Positions 1 through 8,500 of a DNA stretch of 13,896 nt are shown here, in pieces; position 1 is the stretch's first letter, and each line of letters starts with the position of its first letter. Position numbers and translations under genes: made by a program. The DNA lies in NCBI GenBank assembly GCA_041498975.1, contig JBGQJI010000058.1, forward strand, positions 1 to 13,896, given 5' to 3'. This DNA is from Candidatus Methylomirabilis sp. (GTDB lineage Bacteria; Methylomirabilota; Methylomirabilia; Methylomirabilales; Methylomirabilaceae). Under the pieces are notes generated by a model, which saw only the letters and a program-made list of their open reading frames with translations, ran no database searches and was not told where the DNA came from.

Positions 1-3000
1 AATGTTGTTACCTTGCCCCGAGGGTCGGTCTGAGAGATCAGGCGCGAGGCCAGGTCGTAGGTGTGGCTGATAACCTGGCCGAGAGGGTCGGTGAGAGCTA
101 CCAGGTTTCCGCTTGCATCGTACTCAAAGCGAGTCGTGTTCCCTAACGCATCCGTGGTGGTGGTCGGCTGGCCGAATGGGTTGTAGGCGATGGTCGTTGT
201 TTGCCCCACTGGGTCGATGACGCTCGTGAGGTTCCCCGACGTGTCGTACTCGAAGCGGGCCGTGTTCCCCAAGGGATCAATGAATGAGGTGAGACGGTTG
301 AAGATTGACTCGTACGCGAAGGCCCGGATGTTGCCTTTCGGATCGAGAACCGTGGTGACGTTACCGTTGATATCGTAGGTGAATGAGACCTTCCGGCCGA
401 GGGAGTCGGTCACGCTGAGCAGCAAGTTCGTCCCGAGTTGCCGGTCAAAGGTGTTCGTCTGCCCCATGGCGTCCGTTTGGCTGAGGAGGTGTCCCGCCAC
501 GTTGAAGCGGGATGTGGTCGAATGACCTCGGGGGTCGGTGACGCTCGTTTGAGTGACGACCCCGCTGGTCAGGGTGTACGAGAAGGCGAAAGTCCCGCCG
601 TCGCTCTGAGTCTGTCGGCTGACGCGACCTGCTGCATCGTACTCGTTCCGTAGGAAAGTGATGCCTCGTGGATCGGTGATGCTGGATAGACGACCCGCGA
701 TGTCATACCCATAGGTAGTCGAGCCCCCGGCCGGGTCGGTGACGGTCATGAGACGGCCCGCTCCATCGTACGAGTAGCGAACCGCCCGTCCGAGCTGATC
801 GGTAAGCGTCGTGATCCGCAGGCTGACGCCGTCGTAGGTGAGGGCGAGTTGGCGGCCCACCGGGTCGGTGATGGACGTCATGCGACCCTGACTGTCGCGG
901 GATACTGTCACGGCATTGCCGTTACGGTCGGCCTGGCGCACGAGTCGGCCCGCTCCATCGAACGTCCAGTTCGCGCCGTCCTTGAAATGCAGGGTGCGCG
1001 AGGCGTCAAGAGCGCTGGAGATCCAGGCTCCCCGTAGGGCCGGCTCGGTGGAATTGATGAAGTTTCCATCGGCTTGTCTGGCGAAGGTGGCGCGACTGTT
1101 GCCCGGCAGCGTTAGCAATATGGCATCGGGGGACAAGTTCTGAACGAAGACCTCGTAGGAGTGGCTGCTTCCAGGCCCGAAGGGGCCGGGGGAGTCGTCA
1201 AGGGTCCGGGATGTCCGGGTAAAGGCGAGAGGAAGCCGGCCCGCAAGCACCATATCAGTTTTCTGCAGGACAAAGATGCCGCTTGCAAGATCGACCGGCT
1301 CGCCCGCACTCGGGCCATGCCCTAACGCGGGCAGGTTTTTTGCTGCTGTCGAGGGCGGCCGATTCTGCTGTGGATAGACCGGCCTCCAGGCGCCGCAGCA
1401 GAACCTGGGCATGCCATAGGGCTTGCCGGTGTCCGGATCCGTGTCCGGAAGGATTCGGGTCCCGTCTGCGGAGACGGTGCCGGTGCCATACTTGGCCCAC
1501 TGGTTGGGTCGAGTTCCGTCAGGGGCCTCGTCGTAGAAGTAGAGGTCCACCGTCTCGCCCGGGAGGCCGCCTCCCTCGTTGGGGCCGATGATGGGGACCG
1601 GGGAGGTGGGCGTGCCGCCGCCGACCTTGCCGAAGTAGAACATGTAGATCGACCCAGCGACAGTGCCGGGTGGCACGTCCAATGGGGGCAGCGGCGAGCG
1701 GTCGGCTGGCACGGCCCGCATCCCGATCTGCGGGTTGGGCTGGCCGTCCCAGCCGATAATGGTTACCCCGTCCGGGATCTGAGCGCTCAAGCCGGGGATC
1801 GCAGGATCGGTCACGGTGGCGCCTTGGCCTGGGATGAGAGGGACGGTTCGGGTGATTGGTTGCGCATGGAGATGAGGGGTGAAGCCGAGGGTGGTGGCTT
1901 TGCCCGGCTCGATTGGAAGGGTGATGGGGATCGTGGGGTAGCTGACGGAAGGGGTTGAGGCCGTTGAGCCATCTATGAGAATGACCTGCTGGCCAGTGGG
2001 GGGGTTCGTGAGAAGAAAATTCCCCGCCCCATCGGTCCGTCCGGTCACCGTCCCAACCTGGACTGTTACATCAGGAAGAGGTGCCTCCTCAGTGGTGAGG
2101 ACTCGGCCACTCAGCGCAGTGATCCCCTCAGGGAGAACGGTGAGTGAGGAGGTGGCTGAACGTGTAGCCATGGTGCCGTTAACTATGCCGGTGCCGCTCA
2201 CGGTAAAGGGATACGCGCCAGGGCTCACAGAGTCCCGAACTGTGACAGCGAGATTTGAGGAAGTGCCAGGGGCAACCTGGGGTGGCGCAAAGGCGGCAGT
2301 TGCTCCGCCTGGGAGGCCGGTTTGGGAGAGGCTGACGATATTCGCATAGTTGTTGAATGCCATAACGGTCACGCTGAACGAGATCTCATTGCCCTGGATA
2401 GCAGTGGCGGTCGTGGGCATTGCGATGAGCGCAAAATCCGGGCCGGTGGAGACGCTGAACAGCGAACTCACACTGGTTACATTGCCTGCCTGATCAGCGA
2501 TAGTTGCCAGGAGCGTGTGAGGCCCGCTGGCCAGCGGTGCGGCAAGAGCTGCCGTGGCGCCGGTGGGCGTGATAACGAACGCCGTCGAAATGTCATTTCC
2601 ATCCAGGATGGCTCGGAAGGAGCCGAGATCGACTCCGGCGGTGGCGTCGCTGTAACTGAAGCTGAGGTTCGGCGTACGCGTGGGGACTGTGCTCCCGTCG
2701 GCCGGCGTGGTGATGCCAAGACCCGGTGGTGTGTTGTCGCTGGTGATGGTGATGAAGGCACGGGCCTCGTTTCCAGCCTTATCCCGGGCAATCGCGGACA
2801 GGGTGTGAGTGCCATCGAGCAGGAGCGTAGTGTCGAGGGTGGTGCTGAGGGGCGGCGTGTTGGTCGCTCCGAGGGTCGAATCATCGGCTTGGACGGTGAG
2901 GAGGGCGATGCCGTTGGCATCAGAGGCGCTCGCGGAAAGTAGCGAAGTCCCGCGCAGGAGGGCCCCATCGCGTGGGTTCGCAAACGACACCGCGGGAGGG

Positions 3001-4196
3001 GAATTGTCGTGGACGACGGTCACACTGGTCGGAGCCGAGGTTAGGCCATCGCCTGCGACGGCGGTGGCGAAGAGTGCCAGAGAGTTGCTCGCGTTGTGGG
3101 CCATAGGGACGTCAAGGAAGAAGCGGCCCGCAGCATCGGCAAGGCTAGTGAGCGATGTCGATCCCCCTCGGACGGTAAGAAGGGCCCATGCCTCGGCGGT
3201 TCCCTGGAGCGTGAGTGCCGATCGGTTTGTAAGGGCGGGCGACGCCTGATCCAGCCTCGGAGCGGCTGGGGCGGTGAATTTCAGCAGCCGCTTCATCTGC
3301 GCTTCGACAACGTAGAGATGCCCGTCTCGATTGAGGGTGAGGCCTTTTGGGTGGTGTAGGTTTTTGGCGAACAGGACCTCCCGGCCATCTGGTCGCCTTT
3401 TCAGGACGACCCCCAGATCAGGTCCCGGCGCCCATGCTTGTGTTCCGGCAACGTAAAGGCCGCCCAAGGGATCGCGGGCAACGCCGAAGGGGTCTTTGAG
3501 ACGGGTGGGGATCACCGCAGTCACCTGACCGGCCGTATCGATCTCGAAGAGACTTCCATCAATGGCTGCGGTGCCAGGCCCGAACCGCTCGGCCGCTACA
3601 AAAAGGCTGCCATCCGGGGCGGCAACGACTCCTTGGGCCTCTATGAACCCATCGGCGAGAGCGGAAATGCCGCCGCTCGCATCGATTGTGTAGAGCCCAC
3701 CCTTCTCATCTTTTTCTCCCTTGCGTCCCTCGGCGGAAAGGACAAGCTGGCCGGCGAGGTCGAGGCCAAGCCCTTTGGGTTTCTTGAATTCGTTGGCCAC
3801 CACGGAGAGGGCCTGGTTCTGGGGGTCCCGGCGCAGGATCACACCCCTCTGCCCTCTTCCCTCCACTCCCTGCTGGCGCAGGGCCGCGAGGAACAGGGCC
3901 CCGGTGGAGTCAACGGTGAGGCCCTCCGGATCCTCCAGTTTGTCGATGGGGACGCTGACAGTGCGATCGGGAGCGATCTGAAGGACCCTGCCCGGCGCCA
4001 CCTCGGAGAGGAATACTCGGTCCTCGGGATCGACGGCAACATAACTAGGAGATCTCAGATCATTCAGGACGATCTCAAAAGGAGCGAGGGCCTGCAGTGG
4101 CGGGTCTGGGGCGTGGGCGGAGGGCGGTCTGATCAGAGCGATGATCGCGACCAGAGCAAACCATACGAGTGGGCGGCGCATGGCGGGGGATGACAT
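1..4196 (-). CDS. Secreted multidomain Rhs/YD-repeat protein (polymorphic-toxin or teneurin-like), 3'-truncated by the window edge
   Basis: Manual translation gives one open minus frame from ATG 4196 (GGAG 7 nt upstream; alternative ATG 4181) to base 1 with no stop. Signal peptide MRRPLVWFALVAIIALIRPPSAHA. NHL-like repeats (LRSPSYVAVD, LEDPEGLTVD, FKKPKGLGLD, LKDPFGVARD, LHHPKGLTLN) ~3285-4095. Ig-like repeats (DGTHTLSAIARDKAGN, SGPHTLLATIADQAGN) ~2140-3240. SGRVLT..PLPDVTV..TDGAGNFLL ~1870-2118. GEPVDLASGIF (DUF6531-like) from 1304. YD repeats (YSYDGAGRLMTVTDPAG, FEYDTSGNLTSVIDPVG) 1-~980. Confidence 0.93.
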   Translation of the reverse strand, partial: MSSPAMRRPLVWFALVAIIALIRPPSAHAPDPPLQALAPFEIVLNDLRSPSYVAVDPEDRVFLSEVAPGRVLQIAPDRTVSVPIDKLEDPEGLTVDSTGALFLAALRQQGVEGRGQRGVILRRDPQNQALSVVANEFKKPKGLGLDLAGQLVLSAEGRKGEKDEKGGLYTIDASGGISALADGFIEAQGVVAAPDGSLFVAAERFGPGTAAIDGSLFEIDTAGQVTAVIPTRLKDPFGVARDPLGGLYVAGTQAWAPGPDLGVVLKRRPDGREVLFAKNLHHPKGLTLNRDGHLYVVEAQMKRLLKFTAPAAPRLDQASPALTNRSALTLQGTAEAWALLTVRGGSTSLTSLADAAGRFFLDVPMAHNASNSLALFATAVAGDGLTSAPTSVTVVHDNSPPAVSFANPRDGALLRGTSLLSASASDANGIALLTVQADDSTLGATNTPPLSTTLDTTLLLDGTHTLSAIARDKAGNEARAFITITSDNTPPGLGITTPADGSTVPTRTPNLSFSYSDATAGVDLGSFRAILDGNDISTAFVITPTGATAALAAPLASGPHTLLATIADQAGNVTSVSSLFSVSTGPDFALIAMPTTATAIQGNEISFSVTVMAFNNYANIVSLSQTGLPGGATAAFAPPQVAPGTSSNLAVTVRDSVSPGAYPFTVSGTGIVNGTMATRSATSSLTVLPEGITALSGRVLTTEEAPLPDVTVQVGTVTGRTDGAGNFLLTNPPTGQQVILIDGSTASTPSVSYPTIPITLPIEPGKATTLGFTPHLHAQPITRTVPLIPGQGATVTDPAIPGLSAQIPDGVTIIGWDGQPNPQIGMRAVPADRSPLPPLDVPPGTVAGSIYMFYFGKVGGGTPTSPVPIIGPNEGGGLPGETVDLYFYDEAPDGTRPNQWAKYGTGTVSADGTRILPDTDPDTGKPYGMPRFCCGAWRPVYPQQNRPPSTAAKNLPALGHGPSAGEPVDLASGIFVLQKTDMVLAGRLPLAFTRTSRTLDDSPGPFGPGSSHSYEVFVQNLSPDAILLTLPGNSRATFARQADGNFINSTEPALRGAWISSALDASRTLHFKDGANWTFDGAGRLVRQADRNGNAVTVSRDSQGRMTSITDPVGRQLALTYDGVSLRITTLTDQLGRAVRYSYDGAGRLMTVTDPAGGSTTYGYDIAGRLSSITDPRGITFLRNEYDAAGRVSRQTQSDGGTFAFSYTLTSGVVTQTSVTDPRGHSTTSRFNVAGHLLSQTDAMGQTNTFDRQLGTNLLLSVTDSLGRKVSFTYDINGNVTTVLDPKGNIRAFAYESIFNRLTSFIDPLGNTARFEYDTSGNLTSVIDPVGQTTTIAYNPFGQPTTTTDALGNTTRFEYDASGNLVALTDPLGQVISHTYDLASRLISQTDPRGKVTT

Positions 4197-4222
4197 CGGC
4201 GCGCTCCAAGCGATTTTCCCCC

Positions 4223-4251
4223 TGTGTACCTGTTGCCCAGGAGAGAGTCAA
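4223..4251 (-). promoter_or_regulatory. Candidate sigma70 promoter for the Rhs gene
   Basis: Minus strand TTGACT-17 nt-TACACA, 26 nt upstream of ATG 4196; the -10 element is imperfect. Confidence 0.4.
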
Positions 4252-4288
4252 GGCCAATCATCTTTTCAAGGTGATCATACTTCTTTGC

Positions 4289-4309
4289 GAAGTGACCTTG
4301 TTTCACTTC
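4289..4309. promoter_or_regulatory. Perfect inverted repeat, candidate operator upstream of the Rhs gene
   Basis: GAAGTGA-ccttgtt-TCACTTC in the intergenic region. Confidence 0.35.
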
Positions 4310-4417
4310 CGACCGTGGTCTGGCGCGGGACGGTGAGGATAGCGCCTGAAACGGGCTGGATGAACGATCAGCGAGAGAGCGAATGGGGTCGAGATCTGGT
4401 GGGCTGGTTTCAGGTGC

Positions 4418-5155
4418 CTATTGCGAGTCGGCAGAGGGACGATGCGATTGGGGAGAGCTACCGTAAAAGCGCTTGAAGGCCGTGGAAAAGTTATTCGCGT
4501 CACAATATCCGACCCTTCTGGCCACTTCCTTGATCGACAGGTTACCCTCCTTGATGAGCCTGGCGGCCTCCTCCATCCTCACCCGCTCTAAGTAGGCCCT
4601 TGGCGTGCGGCCGAACGCCGCCTTGAAACGCCGGCGGAGATGGCTGGTGCTCAGTCCGACCGCGCGCGCCAATGACAACGTGGTGTGGGGCTCATCAAAG
4701 CGGTGCAGCAGGATGTGATGGGTTCTGCACAGTGGGCCGCCGTCGGCGGGCATCTCGCCAAGCAGGGTCGCAACCAAGGCCTGCAGCTCTCGGACCTCGA
4801 ATGGCTTCTGAAGGCAGTCATCGACCTTGGCTCGGAGCGCGCGGAGCAGCATCTCTTCGGAGCGAAGACCGGTCAGCAACAAGACTCGAAACTGGCGAAC
4901 CGCCCGGAGCCGCCCCAGGACCTCTAGGCCATCCCTCGTCTTCAAGCGGACTTCGAGCACCAACAGGTCGATCGGGTGGCCTCGGAGGACCGCCAGCCCT
5001 TCTCGGTCGTCCGTCGCCAGATGGACCCGATAGCGATCCTTGAGAGCTTTGACGATCGTCTTGGCCGCGCGCGGGTCGTCGTCGATGATCAGGACCTGGC
5101 GCGCCCGCCCGGTTCGCGCCAGAACCGCGTCCGCCTTTCTGGTCACTGTTGTCAT
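4418..5155 (-). CDS. Response regulator: atypical receiver plus AraC-family HTH
   Basis: Receiver motifs VLIIDDD, LLTG and QKPF. AraC signature LARAVGLSTSHLRRRFK...LSIKEVARRVGYCDANNFSTAFKRFYGSSP. The phosphoacceptor position reads DLLVLE (E68). Confidence 0.92.
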   Translation of the reverse strand: MTTVTRKADAVLARTGRARQVLIIDDDPRAAKTIVKALKDRYRVHLATDDREGLAVLRGHPIDLLVLEVRLKTRDGLEVLGRLRAVRQFRVLLLTGLRSEEMLLRALRAKVDDCLQKPFEVRELQALVATLLGEMPADGGPLCRTHHILLHRFDEPHTTLSLARAVGLSTSHLRRRFKAAFGRTPRAYLERVRMEEAARLIKEGNLSIKEVARRVGYCDANNFSTAFKRFYGSSPQSHRPSADSQ

Positions 5156-5198
5156 CGGCTCGGGCCTTTTCTGCTGCTCGATGCGCGTCAGCGGTCTG

Positions 5199-5582
5199 TC
5201 ATGAGGCGTGGTCGTCGCGACTCAATAGCCGTTTGATGAGGTCGAGAAAGCGCGGCATGTCCAACGGCTTCGGCAGGTAGGCGATGCAGCCCGCTTCGAA
5301 GGCGCGGTCGATGTCTTCCTGCAGGGCGTAGGCGCTGATCCCGACGATCGGGATCTCCCTGGTGTCCTGCTGCGCCTTCAGCGCGCGGGTCACGGTTAGC
5401 CCGTCGATGCCCGGCAGTTGTATGTCCATCAGGATCAGGTCGGGATGCTCGGCGCGGGCAAGGGAGAGCGCCTCGGAACCGGAGGTGGCGGGCAGGACGC
5501 GGTGCCCCTCGGCCTCCACCAGCTCACGAAGGAACTCCATGCTGATGGTGTTGTCTTCGACGATCAGCACCCGCTTAGGCAT
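5199..5582 (-). CDS. Single-domain response regulator (CheY/DivK-like), 127 aa
   Basis: MPKRVLIVEDN...DLILMDIQLPGIDG...ISAYA...YLPKP. ATG 5582 overlaps the kinase stop (ATGCCTAA), which suggests translational coupling. Confidence 0.95.
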   Translation of the reverse strand: MPKRVLIVEDNTISMEFLRELVEAEGHRVLPATSGSEALSLARAEHPDLILMDIQLPGIDGLTVTRALKAQQDTREIPIVGISAYALQEDIDRAFEAGCIAYLPKPLDMPRFLDLIKRLLSRDDHAS

Positions 5583-8500
5583 CGCTCGAGCCTTCCAGGG
5601 GTCCAGCCGTGGGAAGGGTGAAGGTGAAGGTGCTCCCGCGCCCCTCTCCTTCCGAGGAGGCCCAGATCCTCCCGCCGTGCAGGCCCACCAGGTGCCTGCA
5701 GAGGGCCAGGCCCAGCCCGCTCCCCTGATGTTGTTTGGTGTAGAGCGGCTCCAGTTGTTCAAACTCATGGAAGAGGCGCGGGAGATGGTTCGGGCTGATC
5801 CCGATCCCGGTGTCGGCCACGGCGATTTCGACGAAATCGCCCGTGTCCGATGTGCCAAGTGTCAGGTTCCACGTTCCAGGTTGAGCGCCTCCGGACCCGC
5901 CTTCCGAACTCTGAACTCCGAACTCTGAACTCCGAACCCGCCTGGCAGTGACGGTGATCCGCCCCCCGTCGGGCGTGAACTTGATCGCATTGGAGAGGAG
6001 GTTCAGCATGATCTGGTGGACCCGCCGGCGATCGGCCACGCAGACGCCCACGGCCGGGTCCACATCCAGCCGGAGGCTCTGTTGCTTGGCGCCAACCTGG
6101 TGCTGGATGACGCCGCAGACCTCCTCGAGCGCGCCTTGGAGTTCGAAGGGGGCGGGCTGGAGCCTCATCTTTCCGGCCTCGATCTTGGCGAGGTCCAGGA
6201 TGTCGTCGATCAGGGTGAGCAGGTGGCGCCCGCTTACGAGGATGTTCCCGACGAATTTGGCCTGCTTCTCCGTCAGGGGACCGGAGCGGCCGTCGCGGAG
6301 GACTTCCGAGAAGCCGATGACCGAATGCAGGGGGGTCCTCAGCTCGTGCGACATGTTGGCCAGGAACTGCGACTTGAAGTGGCTGATCTCCTCGAGCCGT
6401 TTCCGCTCCCGGACCTCTTCTTCGAGGCGCCGTCGGTCGGTCAGCTCCCGCGCGATCCCCTGCCGGCCGATGATGCGCCCTTCGGCGTCGTAGATGGTGC
6501 TCGAGCCTAACTCCAGTGGGACGGTCGATCCATCCCTGGTGATGGCGTCGATTTCGAAGACATCGAAGGCGCTCTCGCCCCGCAGGGCCCTGGCAAAGAC
6601 CGCCCTCACGATGTCCTGGTCTTTCGGGGCGACATAGGCGATGGACGGCCTCCCCAGGAGCTCTTCTGGCCGGTAGCCCAAAACCTCCTGGATGCGCGGG
6701 TTCACATAGGTGAATTTTCCTTTGAGGTCCACCGTGAAGATGATGTCCGTTGCGCCTTCTGCCAGGCGACGGTACCGGTCCTCCGACTCGGCCAGGGCTG
6801 CGGCGCGATCGAGGGTTTCCTGGTAGAGGCGGGTGTTCTCGATGGTCAGCGCCAGTTGGCGGCCGATCCCGTCGGCCAGCTCCACCTCACGCGGGGTTGG
6901 GCTATGTGGCTGCTCCCACCAGATGGCAAAGAGGCTGCCGAGGATCTCGTTTCGGGCGAAGAAGGGGACCATGACGACTGCGCGAATCGAAAAGAGTTTG
7001 ATCGTCTCGTTGAATCTCGGGTCAAGCTGAGTGTCAGGAGAGAAAATGGCGCGACGGGCGATAAAGCCCTCCTCGAAGAAGCGGTTCCAGCCGAGAGGGA
7101 TGGGAGTGGCTCGCAGGTACGCCAACTTCTTTTTTGGGAGGTGGTAGCCGGAGAAGGGGCGCAGTTCCGTGCCCTCCGGGGAGATGAGATACGCCCCGGT
7201 GGTGTCCGCGTGAAGGGCGCGGGCCAGTTCGCGCGCGCCGCGGCGGAGCGCTTCTTGAAGATTCAGGGTCGTCGTGAGCGCTTGGCTGACGGCCAGGAGC
7301 GTCTCCGTCTCCCGAAGCCGGTCCTGCGCCTCCTGGTAGAGACGGGTGTTCTCCAGGGCGATGGCCGCGTGGGCGGCCAGCTTCTGCAGGGCCTCCTGAT
7401 GCTGTTGGGTGAAGGGGATCGGGCGTCGGTTGATGACCCAGAGCAGGCCGATGCTCCGGTCACGGACGCGCACGGGGACGGCGAGCTTGGCCACGAAGCC
7501 CTCGGCCTGGGCCAGCTCGACGCAGTCCTGTGAAATCCTGGCGTCGTGGAAGTAGTCGTCGGTGACGAAGGGCTCGCCGGTCTCGAGCATCCTGCCATCG
7601 ATTCCCTGCCCCGGTTCGATGGTGTAATTGCGGAGCAGATCGGTCCGGGCGCCGACGGATGCGGTGACGGTGGCCACGCGGCTGGCCGGGTTGTAGGACG
7701 CGAACACCGACAGGTCGCTGCTGCACAAGTCCTTGGCCCACGTGGCGATCGTCAGGATAACCATGCGTGGGTCGAGGGAGCTGCTGAGCTGGCGGCTGAT
7801 CTCGGCCAGCGCCTCGGCCTCCTTGAGACGCGCTTGGGCCTGGGCGTAGAGGCCGGCGTTTTCGATGGCGAGTCCGATTTCGGCTCCAATGGTCGCCATC
7901 ATGTTCATTTCGTCCTGATCGAATTGCCGCTGAAGGCGGCGTTTAATAGTGAGGACTCCGAGGATGTGACCTTTCGAGAGGAGGGGAACGCAAGCGAGCG
8001 AACGCAGACCTTCTTTTTTCATGACATTCCGTGACACCCGAGGATCGACCCACGCATCTTCCACCAGGAGCGGAGCGCCCGACTCCGCCACGCGGCCAGC
8101 GATCCCCTCGCCGACGCGCATCCGATCGACCCCGCGGACAAATTCGTCCGACAGGCCGAGGTGCGCGGCGACTCGAAGCTCATCGCCCTCTCGCAAGAAG
8201 ATCAGCGCGCCGTCGAGTGGGACCACATCGGCGATGGCGGCCAGCGACCCCTGAAGGATTTCGTGCAGGTCCAGCGACTGGCCGACGGTTTGCGCGACGA
8301 CGCCCACGGCCGATGCCTCCCGGTATCGGCGGGCGAGTTGGACCGACATCGTATTGATAGTGCCGGACAGCTCGACCAGTTCGCGCGGCGGGTATGGGGC
8401 CAGGGTCACCTGCTCCCCCAGCGCCCCTGAAGCGATCCGTTTGGCCTGCCGCTCCATGACCACGATCGGATTGGCCATGAGCCGCGCCACCAGTGGGCTC

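Noticed and set aside
190..4257. Many plus-strand and off-frame minus-strand ORFs (e.g. 3438-4193, 2322-2942, 2477-2983)
   Set aside because: Shadow ORFs of the single long Rhs frame in GC-rich DNA; no recognisable motifs.
5583..5858. N-terminal extension of the 219-aa receiver ORF
   Set aside because: Overlaps the kinase G-box region in another frame; the real start is ATG 5582.
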